A DNA stretch of 64,000 bases from Blepharisma stoltei ATCC 30299. Its lineage: Eukaryota > Protista > Ciliophora. Of the stretch, positions 49,344 through 62,091 are shown in pieces; position 1 is the first letter of the stretch; each line of letters starts with the position of its first letter. Position numbers and translations under genes: made by a program. The stretch spans positions 1 through 64,000 of the forward strand of contig CBFDEM010000012.1 in the NCBI GenBank assembly GCA_965603825.1. Reading direction: 5' to 3'. The notes under the pieces are model-generated. The model searched no databases. It saw nothing but the letters and a program-made list of their open reading frames with translations, and was not told where the DNA came from.

Positions 49344-51869
49344 TTATATAATTATAGAAGAAACATTCACTGTAAAAGCTGTTGTTGCTGAAGAATTTAT
49401 TGGAGAGCTTCGAGCAGATTTAAATTGAGAATGCTTTGAGTCCCTGGTTTGAGGACTCTGAGAGGCTTGTGGGGTTTGTGGAGCACTTTGTTTAGATTTC
49501 CTTGAAATTCTCGAGATTTTCTTCATAAACAGCTGGTCACTTCCAATTGGTGAAGTAGGTTTTAGCAAATTTGTTGGGCTCCTTTGATGATGAAGCTTCA
49601 AATTTGCCAATTTTTTATCTATATTTCTGACTTCCTTAAAAATTTCTTCACGCTGAATTGAGCATGGAGAAAGTGGAAGCCCACCTGATAAGCTCCTAAT
49701 ATTTCCTTTTGCCTTGATCTCTGGATTTTTTTTCGGATCAGCAGAATCCTCATGCTTATTTGGCTGAGGAACTACATATTCCCTCTCTATCACCTTAAAT
49801 TTTGGAGTCCTATCATTTTCCTCTGGATTCACAAACTTAAGCTTCATTTGGCCTTGGGTTTGTCTGCTGAATCTCGGTTCTTTATACATTCCTCCAGGCA
49901 AGTTAATTTTAAGGTCTTCATAAAAAGAATTAATCTTTTTAGGGTAATTTTGTTTATAAAAATACGTGACTTCTCTCACCAGCATGTCAGTTGACCTCTC
50001 AATTACAGTAAAAAATTTTTTGAAAATTGAAAAAAGGGAAAAAGCTTGTTTTTTGAAAATATCGTGCATTTCTTCAAGCAAGATAAAGATGTCTTTTTCA
50101 GGGTCTTCATTACCTCTTTCATACTTTAATTTTTGTAAATAATTTACTAGGCTTTCTTCACTTAATACATGCCTTATAATTGGGATGGAATTTACAAATG
50201 CAATGAATTTTTTGCAGTTTTCTTTTTGGGATGGGAAAAATTTAAAGTAAACTTCTTCAATTTCGAAGTTAGTAAGAGGCAAATAAGCGGCGAATTGGTC
50301 AAAGTTTTCAATTTTTTCTTCTTCTTTTGGGAGTGCTGTATTTGATTTCGTGGCTCGGCGAGAATTTGAAGTTTTTAGACTATTGCGGCTGTGAGAACTT
50401 GTGCTTGATTTTTGGCTTCTACGAGAGTTTGGGGTCGATACTAAACTTCTATGAGACTGGCGAGAGCTTACCCTTGAAGAAGGCTTATTACTAGGACTTT
50501 GGGTTTTCTGATGCTGAATTACAGCTCGCTTTACAGGGCCTTTTTTTAGACTTGGCAGCTCTATTGAAATATGCTCATAAATTTCTTTAACATTTATACT
50601 GATATCTGGCCCATATTTGGTGATCAATCCCATGACTTTTAAGACTTTGCTTAAATCTTCGATAACGTGATGATAAATTTTCATTATCATATTGTCTGCG
50701 TTGGATGCATCTTTACATCCAGCATCTACTGAGGGACAATTTAAAGACTCTCTCATTTCTTCATAGCTTAACGGGTTATTAAGGAGCTCTTTTTTTGCAA
50801 CTTCTTGCTTCAATAAGTATAGCTCGCTTTTCAATTCTTGGCGTAAAGTTTCATTAATTATGTGCTGGCTCGCCATTTCTGTAAACATAGTTGATAATGA
50901 GAGCTCACGAGATTTTAAATCTGCAAACCCTTCAATGATTTTCAGTGCATCATCTTCACTAATTTCATTTATAGATTCAAATTGAAAACCTTCTTTAGAT
51001 AAAATTTCTTTTATGGCTCGGAATTTCTCACCATATGTCTTCAAATTTTTTTGATTTATTTTTGTTACTTTTTTCAAGTCTTTTCTTTCTTTTTCTCCAT
51101 TTTCTAGCTTTTGCAGTAAATTTGCTTTTTCTTCATATTTAACTCTATTTTTCATTCTGTTAAATGAGATTTGTTCAATTAAATTTTGGTAATTCTGCTC
51201 GATTTTTTCTTTTTTTCTTAGCATCAAGTCATAGGCCCTTTGATATGAAACCTTCATATTTTCACCATCTTTTTTGCATTGAAGTACTTCACCTTTAGCA
51301 CTTGCGAAATCGAGTTGAGCTACAAATCGTGTATTTTTTATATCGTCGAATTTAACGATAAGTCTCTTTAAAGCTTCTGCAGCTTCAAGTGACAATTTTT
51401 TGTTATCAGTCATTTCTTTTGTTTTTATCACCAGTTTCGCTTTTAACCTTTCAGTCTCAAATTCTTCTTCCTCACATTCCTCATCTGTTCTTATTATATT
51501 AGTTTTAATTTTTTCAATTTTTTCTAAATAGTAATCCGCGCTTAGCTCTTCTTCTTTCTTTTTACTTAATTCTGAGACTAAACCTGATAGGTTTCGTAAT
51601 TGAACCTCTTTTTTGCTATTTTCTTCTGTGATTTTATTGAGTATTTTGATAAGGTTTTTTGTCTCTGAATTTTGAGTGCTCTTTTGCTGCTGAGAAACCA
51701 AGTGGCTTATATAGTCTCTGCTAACTAGAGATTCTGTTATATTGTATTCATTTCTTAGCATTTCGCTTAGGTCTTCCTTTTCTTCTTTGCTTTTATCTAC
51801 CTCTGGGACGATAAATGATGACTCATCATATAATTTTATTTCTCCATCGAGCACTGGAGGTTTAAGCAT
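49344..51869 (-). CDS. Uncharacterised coiled-coil protein with S/R-rich tracts, 841 aa
   Basis: Long uninterrupted ORF, heptad-rich N-terminal half, no family recognised. Confidence 0.8.
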   Translation of the reverse strand: MLKPPVLDGEIKLYDESSFIVPEVDKSKEEKEDLSEMLRNEYNITESLVSRDYISHLVSQQQKSTQNSETKNLIKILNKITEENSKKEVQLRNLSGLVSELSKKKEEELSADYYLEKIEKIKTNIIRTDEECEEEEFETERLKAKLVIKTKEMTDNKKLSLEAAEALKRLIVKFDDIKNTRFVAQLDFASAKGEVLQCKKDGENMKVSYQRAYDLMLRKKEKIEQNYQNLIEQISFNRMKNRVKYEEKANLLQKLENGEKERKDLKKVTKINQKNLKTYGEKFRAIKEILSKEGFQFESINEISEDDALKIIEGFADLKSRELSLSTMFTEMASQHIINETLRQELKSELYLLKQEVAKKELLNNPLSYEEMRESLNCPSVDAGCKDASNADNMIMKIYHHVIEDLSKVLKVMGLITKYGPDISINVKEIYEHISIELPSLKKGPVKRAVIQHQKTQSPSNKPSSRVSSRQSHRSLVSTPNSRRSQKSSTSSHSRNSLKTSNSRRATKSNTALPKEEEKIENFDQFAAYLPLTNFEIEEVYFKFFPSQKENCKKFIAFVNSIPIIRHVLSEESLVNYLQKLKYERGNEDPEKDIFILLEEMHDIFKKQAFSLFSIFKKFFTVIERSTDMLVREVTYFYKQNYPKKINSFYEDLKINLPGGMYKEPRFSRQTQGQMKLKFVNPEENDRTPKFKVIEREYVVPQPNKHEDSADPKKNPEIKAKGNIRSLSGGLPLSPCSIQREEIFKEVRNIDKKLANLKLHHQRSPTNLLKPTSPIGSDQLFMKKISRISRKSKQSAPQTPQASQSPQTRDSKHSQFKSARSSPINSSATTAFTVNVSSIII

Positions 51870-53231
51870 TTTATCTGTTTAAGAAATGCCATTGATTCGA
51901 AAATGGTAAAAATAATTCCATCAATTGTTATAAGAAATTAAGAAATTTATTAGATTTCATGACAAAACTCGATTTTCGGAAAATTTTAAAAACCCGTAAT
52001 AATCTTTTTATTTTAGCTAACCCAAATAATATATTCTTAGTTTTATAAATAAAAGCCTATTTTATGAATATTATTGTCTATTCATTTCAATCCCTATAGT
52101 TCAGGTTTATATAAAACTGCCATTTCTCATGACTCTCCATTGATTTCGGCATGATTCTAGGCATCTTTAAGCAATATATAAATAATTTTGGCAGTGATTA
52201 TATTCCTAATCAGAACAAATTAAATATAATGGCTGGATACATGAAAAAGAAAAAACAGATAAAAGTCTTAAAAACTGGAATCTAAGACAGAAGACTGAAA
52301 ATTATAGTTTCTATATTGTGCATCTTTATGTGAATAATTAAGAAATCCTTTACTTTTCTTAAAACTTATTTTGTATATTTATTTTAAGGAAGATAGGTTT
52401 TCTTTAATTCATTAAAGATTTTAGACTCCAATAATTTAATTAGTTTACAATTACTTAGCTGATAGATATAAAATAGCTTTGGTAAATATATTAAGGGATT
52501 CCAAGCCTATTCTTGGCAAAAAAGATGACTAAGAGAGCTTAAAAAAACACTTTTTAAACATAATTTAATTTAGGGTATAGAAGAAAGCCATAAAATTTAT
52601 CATCATTCTGACATTAAACGACATCATCACCATGCGATGACTATAGATTTTCTTAAAGATTCAATTTGATTATGAAAAGCCTACATTAGTTATTACTTTG
52701 AAAAAAATTTAAAGAAAAGGGTTATATTCAGTTTTCTAACTGCTACCATCATGAAATGAACAAAAATATTCCAGATCTTTGAAAAAGCGTTTAAAAATAA
52801 ATCTATAGAGTCAATAGCCATAGATACCCACTATTGTTCTCTCAGGTAAGCAAAGGAATCTATCTATCTTAATTCAAATAAAGGACAGCCGGCCAGTCTT
52901 GAAGGGAAATTTTACCAAGAAATGTTCTGGAATTTCATTGTTGTGCTTTGCATAGTGCTCATAGAGACATTATAAGTTATAAGGATTTATAAGAAAAGAA
53001 AAAGCACTACTTTATCAAGGATTGTATAGAAAACTCATATTGAAGGATTAGAAAATATTTTTATAAGGATAGCCATATATATTATAGCTCTTCCATTCTT
53101 TATAGATTTAAAGGCGATGAAGTTATAATAAAGGTCTTATATTATTTATTCAATTTTAAGGAAATGCACTTCATAACAAAATTTTAACTTGCTGCCATTT
53201 TAACTCTTTAAATCAAAACCTCTATATTTTA

Positions 53232-54524
53232 TTACAAATTAAGCGGATAATTTAAAACATCACGTGAAAGAGTATTCAAATATTTAAGCTCATCATTTGA
53301 ATACTCTCTGTCTCCTAATGGGCAAGATCCATTCCCTTCTCGTAGACTTTTTACTCTGCAAGCAAGGCAGATTTTATGTGAAAAACATGAAACTTTTTTA
53401 AACAGCTTTTTTGGTTTCATTGTTTTGCAAACCCCACAAACTTTTCCTTGGTGCTTTATAACTTCATTAAATGGCAGAGCAATCCCGCATAAGCATTTTT
53501 CTAAAGGCAATCTAAGATAATTTTGCAATAAAACATAGCTTTTCAAACAGACCGAACAATGCTGCTTTCCACAACTGTATTTTTTTTTACTCTCACTCCC
53601 ATGGCTGCATTTAATATGAATAAATTCATTATTCTTTTGTTCATCTAGAACTCTTTCGAAATTTTTAAGCTCATATGGATCAATTTCATTAGAAATATTT
53701 TTGAGCCAATATTTTACTTTTGCAGAGGTTGTTTTTGGAATTAATACTTGTGAGTAGATTTCTGATAACAAAGAAATAGCTTCATTTAAGGATTGAGTTT
53801 TGGCGTCACTTTCGCTTGAGTCTTCATCAGTTATATCATCAGGAGCAAGGGATTGCGGAATTGCACAGGGAGCTTCTTTGATATACAGAAAAGGGAGCCG
53901 GTTTATATTATTTGTGTCGATTTCTGATATAAAATCCTTGTGATAAAGGATTCCTCAGCACAAATTATCACAGAAAAGATTAATGACAGGAGCTGCTTCA
54001 AATTCATCACTATAAAATACCTCTTTTTTCCAATTGTTAACTACAATTATATATAAGCCAACATCTTCAGCAAATTTTTGCAGTAAAATTCTTGCGTCAT
54101 GTATTATGACGTTTTGAGAATTATCCACACTTAAAGAATACTGCCTCCTATAGCAATCAATAATTTCTTTAATAGAAAATGCAAGCCCTTCAGCAGCATT
54201 ATTTTGATTATTTTGCATATATTCATTAAGCCAGCAAAGCTTAGTATTAGCATCTTCCTGAGATGAGGACATTAGCTCAATTAGTTGTTGGTAAATTAAA
54301 AAATTATCTTCATCATTAAGTATGCTGTTAAGGGTTTTCAGACGATCTCAGCAATTCTGTGCGGTAGAACTTGAGCCTTGTATTATTAAGGATTCTAAGG
54401 TTGATATTCCAAGAGTTAGGTAAAAGGAAAGATATTTTGGAGAAACATAAGCGAGACGAGTAAAGGGCTCTAATTCTTCATTTCATGAAATGGGAATTTC
54501 TTCTTCTTTTTGAAAAGTTTCCAT
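53232..54524 (-). CDS. Degenerate otubain-like (OTU/C65) domain + C-terminal RING-like Zn fingers, ~430 aa
   Basis: One frame from ATG 54524 through three TGA. SFYLTLGISTLE and FAEDVGLYIIV...PVINLFCDNLCWGILY parallel OTUB motifs. Two Cys/His clusters at the C-terminus. Confidence 0.72.
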
Positions 54525-54836
54525 TTATGAATTCTACAATAATTGTTGCAAGAATAGGATTTTCTTAGGATTTTTGTGCCCAATTTACTTAGTTCTATAA
54601 TTTTATTAAGTCTTGTATTGCTTCTTGTATGCAAAATAAATATTGCTGCAATACTCGAAAAAACTCATAAAATTCATTAACTTTTATTAATAATTTATGA
54701 CTGTTTAAAAAATATAAACAATTTTCCTTTCCTTATAAAATAATCAATCATTAAAAAAATAGACGTTTTCCCATAAAACTTTAATCTTATATAGGTGTTT
54801 TAACATTAATGTCATAATAAAATTTCAAGTATTTCA

Positions 54837-55457
54837 ATGGAACCAGAAATTCAAAACACTGTAGAAAAACGTCAAAGACGCCTTGCCAAAAACAAAGAAT
54901 CAGCCCGCAAAAGCAGAAAACGCAAAAAGCACTACATAGACTTTTTAGAAAAAAAAGTAAATGCTTTATCACAAGAAGCAGACCGTCTACGTCAGCAATT
55001 GTACAAAAAGCCAAATATTCATGGAAATAACCATGAGCTCCGGAATGCTTTGATTCATGGGGAAAATATAAAAGATACAATTGAATCAATACAAGAAAAG
55101 CTTTCTCAGTCTTGCAGTCAACGAAAAGAGCATATCCAATTTCTCGTTGATGAGGTCTTGGATGTCATGATCCCAAACCATGCAAAATTGTTATTGGTCA
55201 TGTGCCAAAATCCTGATATAGAAGTACCTGAGCTTACTCCGGAACAAATTTCGTCTATTAAACAACTGCAGCCTGACTTAGCACAAGAGCAGGCAAAGCT
55301 GAAAGAAGTTGTGGGGGAACTTAAGCAGGTTAAAGAAGAAATGAGTGAACTGCTGGATTGAGGAGGGAAAATTCCACAAGAAATGTGTGAATATTTAACA
55401 AATGAACAAGTTGCTGAAATTTTATTAAGTCTTGAGAGCGAAAATGTAGGGATTTAA
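54837..55457 (+). CDS. bZIP transcription factor, ~206 aa
   Basis: KRQRRLAKNKESARKSRKRKK plus zipper. Extends through TGA 55359 to TAA 55455-55457. Confidence 0.92.
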
Positions 55458-55748
55458 GTAGGGTTATTAACGATATACATTATGAAATAATATGCATGCT
55501 TAGTTCAAGATTAGGTAATTAAGAAATTCAATATTATGATAAGGTATTCGATAATTTGTATGACCCTAAATCGAATGGAACTTAAAGATAATTTGATTGC
55601 AAACTATAAATTAATTTTTGAAAGAATTATTTATATTACATTATTTATGCTTCAAAGCATAATTTTTTCTCAATTTATGCTAGAAGAATCTCAAAATGAA
55701 CATAAAAAAATATGAAATCCAGAAAATTAAACAGTTTTTAATATCTAA

Positions 55749-56804
55749 ATGGGTAATTGTCGAACTTTACTCTGCAATTGTGACTCAAACGTCGATATGG
55801 ATCTTCAAAATACTAAAAGAAAACAATCAGAAGAAGAGGAAGCTCCACCTGAAGTGCTGATGATAGACCAAATTGCAGAAAAACCTCAAGTCTCTCCATC
55901 TTCAACTGATGAAGAAAAGTATTCTAAAAGAAGTTTGCCTCCAAAGCCTAATACAAATCTGCAAATAAAAGCTGCTGCCCGAGGCTATTTATCACGAAAG
56001 GCTCTCAGAAGTATACCAAAACCTGCTCCTGAGCCTGCGAAAAAGCCAATTATGACTATTAGAAGCATCCCTTTATTTTTAATTGAAGATTCTAATCATG
56101 AATGGGTCGAAAATTTCCAGATAGACCAAAACGTCACTTATACAGGCCAAATGCTTGATGGGAAGCGAGATGGATATGGAACGCAAACATGGAAGGACAA
56201 AACTACATATGAAGGGGAATGGAAAAACGGAAAAGCGCATGGGTTTGGGAAACTAACTCACCCAGAAGGCGATATGTACGAAGGCCAATGGGAAAATGAC
56301 ATGATTCATGGCAATGGCCGATACACCCATACAAATCAAGCCACATATGAAGGCGAATGGAAATTCGATAAGCAAGAAGGCAAAGGCAAAGAAATCTGGC
56401 CTACAGGTGCCACATATGAAGGATACTATGCACGCGGCAAAAAGAACGGAGAAGGAATCCTCAATTTCGCTGACGGGGCCCGATACAAAGGGAATTTCAT
56501 TGAAAATGAGATTTCTGGTCTTGGAAACTATCAATGGCCAGATGGCAGAGTTTACGACGGAGAGTGAAAAGCTAATAAAATGGAAGGAAAAGGAAAATTA
56601 TCATGAAGTGACGGAAGAGTTTATGAAGGAGAGTTTGTCCAAGACAAAAAAGAAGGTCAAGGAACCTTTAAGTGGCCAAATGGCAAAATGTATAAAGGAG
56701 GATGGAAATCTGGGAAACAGCATGGAGAAGGGATTTATGTTGCTTATGGAAAAGAGCGTAAAGGAATCTGGGAAGATGGGGTCAGGAAGGAGTGGATTGA
56801 CTAA
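55749..56804 (+). CDS. MORN-repeat protein with MGNC acylation motif and IQ-like motif, ~351 aa
   Basis: Repeated YEGEW..G...G.G. TGA falls at conserved Trp positions. IQ-like IKAAARGYLSRK. Confidence 0.93.
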
Positions 56805-56934
56805 TTCACTTTGTAAATTCATAACTAATTATATATTGCAAGCATCCTGACCAGGGAATTTTATTTTCAAAATTTTTGATTTTATCAATTAGTATCGAAT
56901 AATCCTTTTTTCCGTATTTTTCCATATCTATTAT

Positions 56935-58239
56935 ATGAATTTAATTTTTTTATCATTGCCGATAGCATTTGCATCAATATCTATTGAGCTTCATTCACAA
57001 TTCACAACTAATGAAGAATTAATAGAGAATCTCATAAAAAATAGACGAAAATCAAGGCTATTGGCAGCTGCGTCTACGAAAATCACAAACTATCAAAATG
57101 TAATGTTTAAGTAGCTGCAATATTATGGAGCAATTACGATCGGTACCCCTCCTCAAAATTTTAAATGTCTATTTGATACCGGCAGTACATGGATTTGGGT
57201 CCTTAATAAAGACTGCCAAAATTGCTATATCCCGACTAGTTCATTTGACCCCAATTCTTCTTCCACTTATAAAAATACTCAGGAGATTAAAACTTTGACT
57301 TATTTAATAGGGACCACTACAGGATATATAAGCTCTGATAATATTGCCATAGGTGACAATGCAGCTATTACAGCTAATAACCAGCCTTTTATTTTGGTAT
57401 ATTCTGAGTCCAATAACCAAGGATTTATCCCAGACGGAATCGTTGGGTTTGGATTCGACCAGCTTAGTGATGATAAGCCATCTTTAATGACAACTTTAAA
57501 AAAACAAGGCAAAATTTCTAGCAAACAGTTCTCTGTATATCTAAATAACAACAATTGAGGAAGCTCATCCCCTGGATTGTCCTCAAATTTAATGATTGAT
57601 GGATATGACCTAGCTACATATTCACCAGGGAATAATTTTACTTATATCCCATTAGCGAATAATAATGGATATTGAGAAGTGAAATGCAATAGTGTTAAAA
57701 TTGATAACCAAAAATTCAGCTCTGATTTAACTGCTATTATTGATACAGGGACTAGCTTAATTTATGGCCCTAGTAGCGATGTATCTACCTTTGAGTATGA
57801 TTTTTTGAATAACTACAATTGCTATGTTAGCACTTCAGGGATTATCTGCCCATGCCACAGCCAATACCCGAATCTTACATTTGATCTTGATGGGAGTGAA
57901 TTTACCTTGACCTCAGATGACTATTTAATGCCTTATCAAAGCAGCTGCTTTTTAGCCATCCAAGAAGAAAGTAACATAGATTTTTGGCTTTTAGGAGATA
58001 TTTTTATTAGAAAATATTATGTGAATTTTGATATGGACGGAAAAAGGATCGGCTTTGCAGGAGCAAAATATTCAGGCGGAAGCGATAATTTTGATATAAA
58101 CTGGAGGATTATCATGATTAGTGTAATAGGTATAGGCGTAGTAATTTTTGGAGGTCTTAGCATTTGAGTGTGCTGCCATTTTAAGAATCGGGCTAAGAAA
58201 AATGTAAGAGATATAGAAGTCGCACCAAACCAGGCTTAA
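56935..58239 (+). CDS. Pepsin-family (A1) aspartic protease with C-terminal TM, ~429 aa, 15-nt intron 57100-57114
   Basis: Signal/propeptide, FDTGSTWIW and IDTGTS, WLLGDIFIRKYY. Intron gtaatgtttaagtag. Confidence 0.93.
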
Positions 58240-58512
58240 TTATTAATTTTCAAAGCTCGAATAATGAGTTAAATATGGTTAGCTTATAATCATGTTTTTG
58301 CATATTTAGGGAGAATTTTATTTTCTAATAGTGGAGAAAACTCATAATATGGCTTAGTATGGAACTAAAAGTGTTGCATATCAGCGATTATTTAAATTCT
58401 AATCAATTTTAACCCTTAATTATAATTAATTATCATTTTTACTTCTCGCAGCTCACTCTATAGAGTTTCAAATAATTCTAAATTTAATAAAAGAATTAAG
58501 CACTTAGCTGCC

Positions 58513-61155
58513 ATGAATTCTTATTTTTGCTTCACAAACAATTGTAAAAACCAGAGCCTTTTTAGTGTTTTTGCATCAAAATATAGATCCGCTCACACTC
58601 AGAACATGAGGTGTCAGCTAAATCATCTGGTAAATGCGATTAGTTATTCGAGAATAGCTAATGGGTTTCAATCACAACATTCCGAATACTATCACAGAAC
58701 AGTTGAGCTTAACACTCATTTTTTAAAAGCAGACCAGATTAATCTTTTTTATTTTAAAATCAGGCAAATAGTGACTGATTTGGAGAAAAATAAATTTACA
58801 ATAGACTTGGAGATTTCTCTTCTGAAAAATTATTTGGAAGAATTACGATTTATTGATTCTTTAGAAATTAGAGGAACTTATGGGGAACCACACTTAAATA
58901 ATTATCAGAAAAATTCTTGTTTTGTCACGATAACTCCTCAGGAGATCAATGATTTTATTTCCCAAAAAATCCTCCAGGATGTCGATAAATGGCGAAACGA
59001 AAATTGGCTAGTCAATTCCTATATTAACAAAATAAATTTTATTCAAAATTCGCATGTTAGTAATGGAATAAAGAAATACCTTAATCAAGAAAACGAGCAT
59101 TTTTTATTTAATATTGTTTTAGTGTCAAGTAAACTAGAAAATACTCAAAAATCAGCAAGCAATGCAATAACTTTTTTAAATCGCAATGGATTTTGTTTTA
59201 GGAATAAAAATTTTTCGAGGTGTAAAATAGCCGGTGCTGATTTGTCTTGGTCAAATTTAATAAATGTAAGCTTTGAAGGCTGTGATTTGGCAGATGTTAA
59301 CTTTTCTCAATCAAATTTAATTGACTGCAATTTCAAAGACTGCGACCTTGAAAACACCTTTTTCAGTATCCTCCCTCCTTTAGTAGGCCATAAATCAAGG
59401 ATCAATTCTCTTTCATGGTCTCCTTCTGGAAAATATCTTGCAACTGGAAGCTATTCTGACTCTGCTAAAGAGCTGAAATTATGAGATGTTGCCAATCAAA
59501 AAATTTACTACAATTTTCCTGAGGTCAATAACTACGGAAATTTTATCAGTTTTTCTCCTTGTGGGAAATTCTTGGCTTATGTCAGCCATGACTCTGCTGT
59601 AAAAATTATAAGCTTAGAGGCTACAAATAATATAAAGACACTAAACGGTTTCTGTGAAAGTTTTGTATATATCGCTTATTCCACCAGCTGAAAATATTTT
59701 GCAGCAGTCAGCAAAGATTGGCACGTCATTCTATGAGATAATTTAAATTCCCAGAAAATAGTCCTATCTGAAAGACCTGACACTACACTAAGACTAGCAT
59801 TTTCCAATGATGAAAAGATATTAGCAACTATAAACAATGAAGGCATCATAAAGCTTTGGTATCTTAACCTATACAAAGAGCATAAAAAAATCCATTTGAA
59901 GCCTTTCAAAGGCAATAAAATCTTTTTTTCGCCTTGTGGGAAATTTTTAGCAGTGTCAGGCCATAGCATGAAATTGATTTTACTGGACATTTCTTCAGAA
60001 GAAGTGACTGAAATCAGCTCAAAAGTATGAGATGCCCCTGAGGTGTCGTTTTCTCCTAATGGGAAGTATTTAGCTGTGGAGTTGTGGAACTCCATAATAC
60101 TTTTTGATTTAGCATTGCAAAGCAAAGTGAAACATTTTACTGAGACAAGAAGATTAGATATGGCATCAACGATATCATGATCCCCTCAAGGTGATTTTAT
60201 AGCTGTAGGAGTCGATAACTTGTCTGTCAAAATGTATAATTTAATAGAAAGATTCATGTATACCAAGAAACTTGCCTTTAAAATGCATAAATGTATCAAG
60301 CATGTGCTGTTTTCAAAAACTGGGCGTTTTCTTGCAGCTGTAGATGAAGCTGGAACAATTTATATGTGAAGAAGGTATTTTGTTTTTGTTAAAGTCATAA
60401 AAGATAATGGTCCACTATCAAAAATTGCTTTTTCTCCGTTAGAAACTCATATGGCATGTGGGTTTTGTAATGAAATGATTAAGCTTTGGGATCTTCATAC
60501 AGGAAGCTCTATCATTCTTAACGATGAGAAAGTCAAAGAAAAAAGCCATTTTCATAACAATAAAATTGGCCTATGTTTTTCTCCTTGTGGAAGGTACTTA
60601 GCATTTGGTGGACAAAGCACCCGCATTAAATTTTATGACATGGAAGCCCAAGAGTTCATTGAAAATTATGGTCCAAATGAAGAAATCGACTCTTTGTCCT
60701 TTTCTCCTTGTGGAAAATTTTTAGCTTTAGCTTGTGAGATGAGCAAAATCAAAATATGGAGCCTAGAAGCTCAAACATTTACAAAGCAATTTGATGAAAA
60801 ACAAAGCTGACTTGAGCTCATTTCTTTTTCTCCTTGTGGGAGCTATTTAGCAATAATAAACCGTCATGGAATTTCTTTGATAAATGCTGAAAATGGATTC
60901 GAAGAAAAAAAATTTGGAAAAAGCGGATCTCTGAGAAGGGTTGAGTTCGCCACTTTTACAGCATCTGGAAAACACATCATTTCGGTGAGCGAGAAGTGTA
61001 AAATCCAAATTTGGGACGTGGAAACTCAAAAAGAGGCAATCCATTTCAGTTGCTGTGCAAACAGGACCTATTCTGTTTCCCCTACACCCTCTGTTGAGTA
61101 CTTAGCCTCAGGAGGCTGATGTGGATGTTTTAAAGTTTTTAGAATTTGATGATAA
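58513..61155 (+). CDS. Pentapeptide-repeat + WD40-repeat protein, ~880 aa
   Basis: ASNAITFLN...IAGADLSWSNL pentapeptides, then many FSPCGKFLA WD40 blades with TGA at WD positions. Ends TGA TGA TAA. Confidence 0.9.
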
Positions 61156-61217
61156 ATTATAAGCTTATCCATAATTAAAGATATGGATTTAAAAAAGGAA
61201 AAATCTTCATAATTTAA

Positions 61218-61826
61218 ATGTTTAAAATATTGGTTATTGCGGCATTAGCTGTAAGCAGTAATGCTTTGACGACAATTTCGCTACCGGAAAAAGTAGAATT
61301 TGGGTGACTTTTTCCAACAAACCAGACTGTGAAATTTTCATTATTTGTACCAAATTCAAAAATAGGACAGAGTGACTGGGAATGGTATGGGATAGGAATT
61401 CAGACTTTGGGAAGCGATCTAGGCATGAATGATGCAGACCTTGTAACTGTTAGTTTTGATTCTGGGTTGATTGAATCAAGGACTTCTGCAGGAGACACAT
61501 ATCCTCCTGTTGATAAAGAATCAGGGTTTATTTTGACTGGGTCTGTAATTTTAGAAGGGGTGACTGAGTTTACTTGGACTAGAAATTTAAATACTAAACT
61601 CAAAGGGGACATTGAACTTGTTATTGGTGGAAAATATGATTTTATTTATGCGAGTGGACCTTTAAGCATGAATGGGAAAACTGCTATGCATAAAACTTCA
61701 GGAAAAACAGTTTTAGAGCTAAAATATGATAATTCTTTGTCAAGGCTAAGTACTAAAAGCGGAACCGTCAATTTGCTAACAAATTTTATATTATTGGCTG
61801 CTTTGCAATTATTATTTTACTTCTAA
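61218..61826 (+). CDS. Secreted/GPI-type DOMON-domain protein, ~202 aa
   Basis: Signal peptide, WYGIG...M.DADL, FTWTRNLNT..GD, FIYASG, MH, hydrophobic C-terminus. Confidence 0.85.
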
Positions 61827-62091
61827 ATTCACAAAAAAGTAAACTAAATAATTTAAATTAAAAAAAAATTGGTTATAATTTTTTAAAGTTTTAATTAGAA
61901 ACCAGACTGCAAATTACACTTCTGGCTTATTGAGATTTTTTTATAAAAATAGAGATACCTGAAATATAATATTTTCCTATCAACTCAATTAGCATAATAA
62001 AACTCCGGAAATAGCCTGCACCTGCTTCTTTTTATTTTATAACTCCTTTCCTATTCATAATTTTTAATCTTACTCCCATTATATCATAAAA

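Noticed and set aside
51900-53200. 1.3-kb gap that might hide a gene or element
   Set aside because: I found no sustained frame with UGA=Trp and no repeat structure by eye.
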